Part shown: in pieces, positions 8,512 to 17,180 of the stretch
How the letters are laid out: each line of letters begins with the position of its first letter
Position numbering within the stretch: position 1 is the stretch's first letter
Assembly (NCBI RefSeq): GCF_017876815.1
Contig: NZ_JAGIOS010000001.1
Location: 570,001-602,000, forward strand
Direction: 5' to 3'
DNA: 32,000 nt
From: Sinorhizobium meliloti
GTDB taxonomy: Bacteria > Pseudomonadota > Alphaproteobacteria > Rhizobiales > Rhizobiaceae
Made by a program: the position numbers and the translations under genes
Notes under the pieces: generated by a model
What the model was told of the DNA's origin: nothing
The model's input: the letters and a program-made list of their open reading frames with translations, nothing else
The model's database searches: none

Positions 8512-9291
8512 TCAGCGTCCCCCGAGTTTCAGATTGTTGATGGTCAGGAGCAGGTCGGGAGAAATTCCGTAGCCGCTCGACGCGCCGAAAACCGCAAGTG
8601 GGTCATAGCCGTCGGAGGAATTGTCGATTTCCCAAAGAGCGGTGAAGCGGTCCAGGAACTCGGCTATTTTCTGAGGGTCCTGGAAATCCTTGAAATCGAT
8701 CGCCGCCTCGTAGGCCTCAGCCTGGCGATCCACGTCGGCGGCCGCGAATTCGGCCGGCAGCTGCAGGACGGTTCGGACCACATGCGAGAGGGCCTCGTCG
8801 GCGATGATTTCGTAGCCATTGGCGATCGTCGGCGCCATGCGCTGGAAATAGAGCGCCAGCCGCACGCCGGTGTTTTCCTCGCCGGCCTTCTGCTCCAGCG
8901 TCTGGCGCGTATATTTTTCGGCCACACCCTTCTGCGCCCGCTCGAAGGCAGTGGCGGCTTCGCCGTGCCGGGCGAAATTCAACGACTCGACCAGCGCCTT
9001 GTAGCGCCCGTCGGCCAGCTTGTTGGCAAAGGCGTCGTCACTGTCGATGCCTTCGGCGAGCACCTTGCGCATGAAGGCCTTGGCATAGGCCATGTCCTCG
9101 AGGCCGTGCGCCTTCATCGCGTAGTTGTAGAGCCGGCTGTCGGCGAAGAAATCGTCGAGCGTTTTGATGCTGCCGATCTTCGACAGGTAGTACTCCGTCT
9201 CGCGGGCGACGTCCGGCTGCGCCGAAACGCGTTCCAGCGATTTCGTCAGATCCGCAGTGATCAGCCTGTAGCTCGTATAGGTCGTCGTCAC
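8512..9291 (-). CDS. DUF1217-family flagellar-cluster protein, function unknown
   Basis: The track ORF (315 aa) starts with an Arg/Pro-rich, non-protein-like extension. A GTG at 9289-9291 gives VTTTYTSYRLITADLTKSLERVSAQPDVARETEYYLSKIG..., which I recognise as the typical DUF1217 N-terminus (259 aa). Confidence 0.7.
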   Translation of the reverse strand: MTTTYTSYRLITADLTKSLERVSAQPDVARETEYYLSKIGSIKTLDDFFADSRLYNYAMKAHGLEDMAYAKAFMRKVLAEGIDSDDAFANKLADGRYKALVESLNFARHGEAATAFERAQKGVAEKYTRQTLEQKAGEENTGVRLALYFQRMAPTIANGYEIIADEALSHVVRTVLQLPAEFAAADVDRQAEAYEAAIDFKDFQDPQKIAEFLDRFTALWEIDNSSDGYDPLAVFGASSGYGISPDLLLTINNLKLGGR

Positions 9292-9313
9292 GATCGGCTC
9301 GCCTGTCGCAATG

Positions 9314-9355
9314 AAGCGGGATGAGGAAATGTGTGCGCGGTCTTCCGCCCGCGCC
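9314..9355. repeat. Short interspersed repeat of about 38 nt, copy 1
   Basis: agcgggatgaggaaatgtgtgcgcggtcttccgcccgc matches 11996-12033 at 34 of 38 positions. It lies in the leader of the DUF1217-flgF operon. Confidence 0.75.
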
Positions 9356-9395
9356 AACTGTCGGGACCGGACGCGATTGCGGTCCGACCCTGGCC

Positions 9396-9428
9396 AACCC
9401 TGACGGCGTTGGCTTGCGCGAACCTGTC
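9396..9428 (-). promoter_or_regulatory. Candidate class II promoter/activator site for the DUF1217-flgF-fliI operon
   Basis: The minus strand reads caggttcgcgcaag, which matches the fliF site caagttcgcgcaag at 13 of 14 positions. About 120 nt upstream of the GTG at 9291. Confidence 0.45.
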
Positions 9429-9449
9429 CCGGACGCGGGGTTTCCGCGG

Positions 9450-9477
9450 CCAGCCTCACGCAAGGATCGAACCCTAT
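9450..9477 (+). promoter_or_regulatory. Candidate class II promoter/activator site for motA
   Basis: ccagcctcacgcaag-gatcgaac-cctat. It matches the flgB site caagtcccacgcaag at 12 of 15 positions and keeps the CGCAAG-N8-CCTA spacing. 39 nt upstream of the motA ATG. Confidence 0.45.
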
Positions 9478-9515
9478 TTCATCGGAGGAAATTCACGATC
9501 GCGACAGGTATCGGC

Positions 9516-10394
9516 ATGAACATCATCATCGGGCTTCTTGTGACTTTCGGCTGTATCCTCGGCGGCTACATGGCGATGGGCGGCCACCTGGAAGTCCTCA
9601 ACCAGCCCTTCGAGCTGATGATCATCGGCGGGGCCGGCATCGGCGGCTTCATCATGGCCAACTCGATGAAAGTGGTCAAAGACACCGGCAAGGCACTCGG
9701 CGAGGCCTTCAGGCACAAGGTGCCGAAGGAACGCGAATACCTCGACACGCTCGGCGTGCTCTACAGCCTGATGCGCGACCTGAGGACAAAATCCCGCAAC
9801 GAGATCGAGAGCCACATCGACAATCCGGAAGAGTCTTCGATCTTCCAGTCCGCACCCACCGTCCTGCAGAACAAGGAGCTCACCGCCTTCATCTGCGATT
9901 ATGTGCGCCTGATCATCATCGGCAACGCCCGCTCGTATGAGATCGAGGCGCTGATGGACGAGGAAATCCAGACGATCACCCACGACAAGATGAAGTGCTA
10001 CCACGCGATGACGACCATGGGCGATGCTCTGCCTGCGATCGGCATCGTCGCCGCGGTTCTCGGCGTCATCAAGGCAATGGGCGCGATCAGCGAGGCACCG
10101 GAGGTGCTGGGCGCCAAGATTGCCGCCGCGCTCGTCGGAACGCTGCTCGGCGTGTTTCTTTCCTATTCGATCGTCGGGCCCCTCGTCGCAAACATCAAGT
10201 CCGTGCGGGAAAAGCAGAACCGTCTCTATGTCATCGTCAAGCAGACGCTGCTTGCCTACATGAACGGCTCGGTTCCGCAGGTCGCACTCGAATACGGCCG
10301 CAAGACCATCTCCGCCTATGAGCGGCCGTCCATCGATGCGGTCGAGCAGGAAATGATGAATCCCGGCGGCGGCAGCGAAAGCAAGGCGGCCTGA
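9516..10394 (+). CDS. motA: Flagellar stator protein MotA
   Basis: The track ORF is 5'-extended. The ATG at 9516 gives [40 protein letters not shown], a canonical MotA start (292 aa) with four TM segments. Confidence 0.95.
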   Translation: MNIIIGLLVTFGCILGGYMAMGGHLEVLNQPFELMIIGGAGIGGFIMANSMKVVKDTGKALGEAFRHKVPKEREYLDTLGVLYSLMRDLRTKSRNEIESHIDNPEESSIFQSAPTVLQNKELTAFICDYVRLIIIGNARSYEIEALMDEEIQTITHDKMKCYHAMTTMGDALPAIGIVAAVLGVIKAMGAISEAPEVLGAKIAAALVGTLLGVFLSYSIVGPLVANIKSVREKQNRLYVIVKQTLLAYMNGSVPQVALEYGRKTISAYERPSIDAVEQEMMNPGGGSESKAA

Positions 10395-10395
10395 C

Positions 10396-11995
<1,600 letters not shown>

Positions 11996-12040
11996 AGCGG
12001 GATGAGGAAAGGTGTAAGCGGTTTTCCGCCCGCATCCCGT
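11996..12040. repeat. Short interspersed repeat of about 38 nt, copy 2, forming a nested hairpin just after fliN
   Basis: Outer stem cgggatg (11998-12004) pairs with catcccg (12033-12039). Inner stem gcgg-tttt-ccgc (12018-12029). It begins right after the fliN stop (11993-11995), with the outer stem 3 nt downstream. Confidence 0.7.
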
Positions 12041-12082
12041 TTCAACTCACTAGAAGCCCGATGACCGGGCGGGGATGAATCC

Positions 12083-13120
12083 ATGACGGATTTCGGAAGT
12101 TTCGAGGCACAGGCTCAGGCGCTTGCACAACCGTTGAGCCAGACGGAAAAGGCGGCCGCGGTGCTGCTCGCCATGGGCAAGTCGATTGCCGGGAAGCTGT
12201 TGAAATTCTTCACCCAGAGCGAGCTGCAGGCCATCATCGCCGCGGCACAGTCGCTCAGAGCCGTCCCGCCGCACGAGCTCGAAGCCCTCGTCAACGAGTT
12301 CGAGGATCTCTTCACCGAAGGTGCAGGCCTCATGGACAATGCCAAGGCCATGGAGAGCATTCTCGAAGAAGGCCTGACGCCGGACGAGGTGGACGGGCTC
12401 CTCGGCCGCCGGGCCACCTTCCAGTCCTACGAGGCGAGCATCTGGGATCGGCTGATGGATTGCGATCCGGTGATCATCGCGCAATTGCTCGCCCGGGAAC
12501 ATCCGCAGACGATCGCCTATGTTCTGTCGATGATGCCGTCGAGCTTCGGCGCCAAGGTGCTGCTGCAGCTTTCCGACAAACAGCGGCCGGAGATTCTCAA
12601 CCGTGCCGTCAACATCAAGAACGTCAATCCGAAGGCGGCGGCGATCATCGAGGCGCGGGTGATCGAAATCATCGAAGAGATGGAGACCGAGCGCAACTCG
12701 CCCGGCCCGGCGAAGATCGCCGAAGTCATGAACGAGCTCGAGAAGCCGCAGGTGGACACGCTGCTCGCCTCGCTCGAAACGATCAGCACCGATTCGGCCA
12801 AGAAGGTTCGGCCGAAGATCTTCCTCTTCGACGACATCCTTTTCATGCCGCAGAGGAGCCGCGTGCAGCTCTTCAACGACGTCTCCGCCGACGTCATCAC
12901 CATGGCGCTCAGAGGTTCTGCGGCGGAGTTGCGCGAGTCTATCCTCGCCTCCATCGGCGCCCGCCAGCGGCGCATGATCGAATCGGACCTCGCCGCCGGC
13001 GACGCCGGCATCAATCCCCGCGATATCGCGATCGCGAGGCGCTCGATCACGCAGGAGGCGATTCGCCTCTCCGCAAGCGGGCAGCTCGAGCTCAAGGAAA
13101 AGGAACCGGAGGCCGCCTGA
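12083..13120 (+). CDS. fliG: Flagellar motor switch protein FliG
   Basis: 345 aa. GGGGA ribosome-binding site. FliG motifs include AAVLLAMGKSIAGKLLKFF, the MFLFDDI-like segment KIFLFDDILFM, and a C-terminal torque-helix region. Confidence 0.95.
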   Translation: MTDFGSFEAQAQALAQPLSQTEKAAAVLLAMGKSIAGKLLKFFTQSELQAIIAAAQSLRAVPPHELEALVNEFEDLFTEGAGLMDNAKAMESILEEGLTPDEVDGLLGRRATFQSYEASIWDRLMDCDPVIIAQLLAREHPQTIAYVLSMMPSSFGAKVLLQLSDKQRPEILNRAVNIKNVNPKAAAIIEARVIEIIEEMETERNSPGPAKIAEVMNELEKPQVDTLLASLETISTDSAKKVRPKIFLFDDILFMPQRSRVQLFNDVSADVITMALRGSAAELRESILASIGARQRRMIESDLAAGDAGINPRDIAIARRSITQEAIRLSASGQLELKEKEPEAA

Positions 13121-13330
13121 CGCCTCCAGCCTGCCGGTATATCGCGTTTGGTTTCCGATTTCTGTTGACCCGCGCGGGCTGCCGCACACCCACCCTTGCG
13201 CAGGGACCTGTCCGGGTTCACCACAACAGCGTGCGCTTGCGTCTGCTGCCACGATTCCCTCGCGAATTCGGGTCGAGCGGTAACCGGAAGCGTCGTTCAG
13301 ATTGTCGCCTGCTGAGGAGCTTGCTGGTTC

Positions 13331-14413
13331 ATGGCGGAAGAGCAGGACAAGGACAGTAAAACAGAAGCGCCGTCGGAAAAGAAGATTTCCGACGCGACCG
13401 AAAAAGGCAACGTCCCTTTCTCGCGTGAGGTGACCGCTTTCGCCTCGACGCTGGCAATCTACATTTTCGTCGTCTTTTTCCTTTCGGACGGCGCGGCAAA
13501 CATGGCCGAGGCGCTGAAGGACATTTTCGAGCAGCCGGAAGCCTGGAGGCTCGATACGGCAACGGACGCCGTCGCCCTGATTTCGCATGTCGTTCTGAAA
13601 TGCGCCGCGCTGGTTCTGCCGGTTTTCATCCTGCTCATCCTCTTCGGCGTCGGATCGTCGATCTTCCAGAACCTGCCGCGGCCGGTCCTCGACCGCATCC
13701 AGCCGAAATGGAACCGGGTATCGCCCGCGGCCGGTTTCAAGCGGATCTACGGCGTTCAGGGGCTGGTGGAATTCGGCAAGTCGCTGTTCAAGATAATTGT
13801 CGTTTCGATCGTCGTCGTCCTCGTGCTCTGGAACGATTATTTCGCCACGCTCGACATGATGTTCTCCGATCCGGTGACGATCTTCACGACGATGATCTCC
13901 GACCTCCAGCAGATCATCATCGTCGTTCTCTTCGCCACCGCGACGCTCGCCATCGTCGACCTCTTCTGGACGCGCCATCACTGGTACACAGAGCTCAGGA
14001 TGACGAGGCAGGAGGTCAAGGACGAGCTGAAGCAATCGCAGGGAGACCCGATCGTCAAATCGCGGCTCAGATCGATGCAGCGCGACCGCGCCCGCAAGCG
14101 GATGATCTCCTCGGTTCCGCGCGCAACCCTGATCATCGCCAACCCGACCCACTATGCCGTAGCGCTGCGTTATGTGCGCGAGGAGAGTGACGCGCCGGTC
14201 GTCGTGGCTATGGGAAAGGACCTGGTGGCCCTGAAGATTCGCGAAATTGCGGAGAAGAACGGCATCCCCGTCTTCGAGGATCCGCCGCTTGCACGCTCCA
14301 TGTTTGCACAAGTCTCGGTGGATAGTGTCATTCCACCGGTGTTTTACAAGGCAGTCGCCGAACTGATTCACCGGGTTTATGCAGCTCAGCCGCAACAAAG
14401 ACGGGTGACATGA
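13331..14413 (+). CDS. flhB: Flagellar export switch protein FlhB
   Basis: 360 aa. GAGGAG ribosome-binding site. N-terminus [33 protein letters not shown] and the NPTH autocleavage motif ([14 protein letters not shown]). Confidence 0.95.
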   Translation: MAEEQDKDSKTEAPSEKKISDATEKGNVPFSREVTAFASTLAIYIFVVFFLSDGAANMAEALKDIFEQPEAWRLDTATDAVALISHVVLKCAALVLPVFILLILFGVGSSIFQNLPRPVLDRIQPKWNRVSPAAGFKRIYGVQGLVEFGKSLFKIIVVSIVVVLVLWNDYFATLDMMFSDPVTIFTTMISDLQQIIIVVLFATATLAIVDLFWTRHHWYTELRMTRQEVKDELKQSQGDPIVKSRLRSMQRDRARKRMISSVPRATLIIANPTHYAVALRYVREESDAPVVVAMGKDLVALKIREIAEKNGIPVFEDPPLARSMFAQVSVDSVIPPVFYKAVAELIHRVYAAQPQQRRVT

Positions 14414-14856
14414 TCTTGAAAAAGTGCCAATTCTCCGAAGAACGAGAACAGATAGTTGCGGAGGCGATCCGTCCGGTTGCGACCGAATTGCGCCTCATCG
14501 ATGCTGCGGATTTCATCGCGCTCCTGCGCTTCGAGTCCTATGCGAGCATCGCCGATTTGGTGGAATCGGCGGCAGAGCTCTACTTCCTGCCCGGCACCGT
14601 GAACTTCGGCCTCGGCGGCAACTATAATCTCGACTGGGACACTCGCCCGGAGGTCATCCTCGACCTCGAACTGAAGCCCCGCGGCGTCACGGTCTATGCG
14701 CGCCTCGTGCTCGCGGGCGATACGGCCGGCATCGAGATCAGCCACATCAACTTTCAGCAGCCCTCCGGCAATCCGGACGAGAACACGGCCTTTCTCGCCA
14801 AGAGCCTGGCAGAAGCGAAGTTCGTCAAAACCTATCCTCTGCCGCTGGCGAGTTGA
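14410..14856 (+). CDS. Uncharacterised cytoplasmic protein, probably co-translated with flhB
   Basis: 148 aa. ATG in an ATGA overlap with the flhB stop. Composition is protein-like, with no TM segment and no motif I recognise. Confidence 0.65.
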   Translation: MILKKCQFSEEREQIVAEAIRPVATELRLIDAADFIALLRFESYASIADLVESAAELYFLPGTVNFGLGGNYNLDWDTRPEVILDLELKPRGVTVYARLVLAGDTAGIEISHINFQQPSGNPDENTAFLAKSLAEAKFVKTYPLPLAS

Positions 14857-14864
14857 GAAGCTGG

Positions 14865-15605
14865 CTAGCTGATATAGCCGAGGCGGATCGCCTTGGCGAT
14901 CGCCTGGATCCGATTGACGGAGTCGAGCTTCGTCGTCGCTGCCCCCAGATAGGCATTCACCGTGTGCACCGAGAGACCCATCTTCTCGGCGATCTCCTCG
15001 CTGATATGTCCGTCGCCGGCCATTTGCAGGCAGGCGATTTCGCGATCGCTCAAGGCCTCCGCCTTGAACAGACGCTTCTCGTCGGCGGCCAGGAGGTCTG
15101 CCATGATCTGCGCGCTGCGGCCGTGAAGCTCCACGATCTGTTCGCCCGAAGCATCGATGTAGCTTCCGGCGAACATCACATAGCCATTGCCCTGCGCGCC
15201 AAGCCGTATCGGAAAGGCGATGCCCGAATAGGGAAGCTTGCGCTCCCTCAGCCGCCGTGTGAACGGGCCGAAATCCGAGACTTCGGCGGTCTGATGCTCG
15301 CCCTGACCGTTCCAGAGGACCGGCAGCAAGGAAAGATCGAGATGCTGGAGCAGTTCGTCGCCATAGAGCATTATCAGATCACGCGCGTTTTCCTCGCAAG
15401 AGGCTCCCCAGTTGTGGAGGACGCAGGTGAGCTTGCGCGTTGCAGGAAGGCCCCTGCCATTCGTTCGCAGAACGGCGAAATTCTTCGCGTTGATCTGCCG
15501 TTGCATGGCCTGCAAGCGCGTCACCAGAGTCGCTGCCCGCGCCGCGCGGGCGTTACGGCCCGACCGGCCGGCGTCGTCGCGATCTTCGGTCGCGAGATAA
15601 GCCAT
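14865..15605 (-). CDS. visR: LuxR-family class IA flagellar master regulator VisR
   Basis: C-terminal LuxR HTH (LSDREIACLQMAGDGHISEEIAEKMGLSVHTVNAYLGAATTKLD). The track start at 15611 is a GTG. The ATG at 15603-15605 has an AGGAG at 7-nt spacing and gives 246 aa. Confidence 0.9.
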   Translation of the reverse strand: MAYLATEDRDDAGRSGRNARAARAATLVTRLQAMQRQINAKNFAVLRTNGRGLPATRKLTCVLHNWGASCEENARDLIMLYGDELLQHLDLSLLPVLWNGQGEHQTAEVSDFGPFTRRLRERKLPYSGIAFPIRLGAQGNGYVMFAGSYIDASGEQIVELHGRSAQIMADLLAADEKRLFKAEALSDREIACLQMAGDGHISEEIAEKMGLSVHTVNAYLGAATTKLDSVNRIQAIAKAIRLGYIS

Positions 15606-15616
15606 CGTCACCGCTC

Positions 15617-16354
15617 CTAAACCAGATTGTTGCGCACGGCGTGGGCGATCGCTTCCGACCGCGTTCGCGTCGCCGTCTTGCGCATTACGCTGGTGATGTA
15701 ATTGTTGATCGTGTTGCGGGAGATCCCGAGTATGACGGCGATCTCATCGCTCGTCTTGCCTTCGGCAATCCAGAACAGACATTCGAGCTCGCGCTCGGTC
15801 AGTTCGCATTCCCTATCGTGACGCACATCGGCTTTGATCTTGTGACTGGCGACATAGCCGGCAAGCACCGCGATGTCGCGCAGCGACTCCTGGGAGAGGA
15901 TCACGTCCTCGGGGAAGAGCAGCATCAAGGAGAACCGCGTGCGCCCCACGCTGAAGGTCACGGCGCAATAGCTCCGGCTGACCCCCCGCGGCAAGCCGAT
16001 ATCGTCGGGCATCGTATGGAAGGCCGGCTGCAGTTGGGCGAGGCACTTTTCCAGTTCGGTGATCTTCGCATGGAGCCCGGCGATGATGCCCGAAAGGCGC
16101 CGAACGATGTCGAACGGCCAGTCGGAACAGACGACAAAATCAAGTCCGCCGTCCTGCGAGACATCGTGCCGGGCGAGAAGGTAATGGGTTGCGCCGACAT
16201 ACTCCGTCAGCGCTGCCAATCCGTTGCCGAGACCCGCGCCCGAGGCCACTTCCCCAAGCCTTCGGATCAGTTGCTCCCTTGATATTTTGCGTCCACACAC
16301 CCGCGGCGCAGCGGTCTCCGAAGACCAGACTGCGTCCGACCGCGACATTTCCAT
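15617..16354 (-). CDS. visN: LuxR-family class IA flagellar master regulator VisN
   Basis: 245 aa. C-terminal LuxR HTH (LTERELECLFWIAEGKTSDEIAVILGISRNTINNYITSVMRK) and an N-terminal autoinducer-binding-like domain. It lies 5 nt upstream of visR. Confidence 0.9.
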   Translation of the reverse strand: MEMSRSDAVWSSETAAPRVCGRKISREQLIRRLGEVASGAGLGNGLAALTEYVGATHYLLARHDVSQDGGLDFVVCSDWPFDIVRRLSGIIAGLHAKITELEKCLAQLQPAFHTMPDDIGLPRGVSRSYCAVTFSVGRTRFSLMLLFPEDVILSQESLRDIAVLAGYVASHKIKADVRHDRECELTERELECLFWIAEGKTSDEIAVILGISRNTINNYITSVMRKTATRTRSEAIAHAVRNNLV

Positions 16355-16490
16355 GACTTTCAGCCCCCGTGCCGGATTCGACGCCCTGAAATGTCACGCT
16401 TGCCCTGCCGTCCCCGACAGCCGGCTTCGCCGGTATTCTTGCCACCAAGCGAGTATCAGGACGCGAATCAATTGCTAAACTGTACATCGC

Positions 16491-16511
16491 CGCCCCCAAA
16501 AAGACAGGGCG
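16491..16511. promoter_or_regulatory. Dyad-symmetric 21-mer upstream of visN (candidate LuxR-type operator)
   Basis: cgccc-ccaaaaagaca-gggcg: 5-bp inverted arms with an 11-nt A-rich spacer, about 140-155 nt upstream of the visN ATG. Confidence 0.2.
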
Positions 16512-17125
16512 TCCAGTTGCGCGGTTACTTGGCAACCTTGCCCTGCGCATTCACGTATGCGTGAGCTGGCGGGCGGCCGGGCGCGCTTCTTCTCCGACCG
16601 ATTCTCTAATCAAGGCATTGATTATTAACGGCATCCGGCGATCGCTGTGCGTGGCCGTGCAGTTGAAAATCCGTGACATCGGACGGGAGTTCGCCTTTTC
16701 GTTGCAGATCAGTTGCTCGCGGGACGCCTCAACTCTTCATCCAAGACTTACTTTAAGCCGGGGAATGTTGCCGAAATGCATCAAATCCTGCCGGGGTCAT
16801 TGATAGCAACGCCGGGAATGCGGAAAGTCTGTTCACCAAATTATATTCAGCTCTTTCGAAGATATATTTTAATGCAACTCCGGAACCTGCAAACAACGCG
16901 GAGTAACGGGCTGCGCAAGCCGCAGCACGGAGAGCGCCGCGTGAATCTAAAATAATTAAAATTTGGTTTAAATTTGCCGACGGCCATCGGACGTGATTCC
17001 GGACGCGGGGCGGATTCTTTAGCCAGACTCCTCCGCGTCATCGCCAGCCGGAGCTAGACTCGCCAATACTCCCGGAAGGCCCGCTGCGCCGGCGCGGGCC
17101 GGATCGAGGCGCGCCCGCAACGGGC

Positions 17126-17150
17126 AAGTCCCGCCTGTTGGGCGGGACTT
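17126..17150 (-). terminator. Stem-loop downstream of fliF (possible terminator, no clear U-tract)
   Basis: aagtcccgcc-tgttg-ggcgggactt: a perfect 10-bp stem beginning 31 nt after the fliF stop codon. Confidence 0.45.
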
Positions 17151-17180
17151 CGTTCCAATTCAGGTTTCCGCCGGCATCTT

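Noticed and set aside
9484-9489. Strong GGAGGA upstream of motA that might indicate an earlier start codon.
   Set aside because: It lies 27 nt before the ATG at 9516, with no in-frame ATG, GTG or TTG between them. The MNIIIGLL start matches MotA homologues, so the GGAGGA is probably just part of the leader.
13195-13213. cttgcgcagggacctgtcc in the fliG-flhB spacer. Its reverse complement (caggtccctgcgcaag) resembles the tandem-CAAG flagellar promoter motif.
   Set aside because: The orientation points away from flhB (antisense to fliG), and the half-site spacing (N8) differs from the four better sites. I kept it only as an alternative reading under the motA-region finding.
12050-14398. 782-aa ORF on the minus strand, antisense to fliG and flhB. 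Similar long antisense ORFs lie at 22951-25416 (821 aa, opposite cheA), 25426-27543 (705 aa, opposite cheY1/cheS/icpA), 10651-12084 (477 aa), 3025-4368 (447 aa), 9474-10568 (364 aa) and 7641-8540 (299 aa).
   Set aside because: These are typical high-GC artefacts, because stop codons are rare on the antisense frame of real genes. The translations are Arg/Gly/Asp/His-rich with no recognisable motifs. The opposite strand encodes unmistakable conserved flagellar and chemotaxis proteins.
16561-17041. Short ORFs (64-80 aa) on both strands within the AT-rich visN upstream region.
   Set aside because: There are no ribosome-binding sites, the composition is odd, and the frames overlap one another. 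The region looks regulatory rather than coding.
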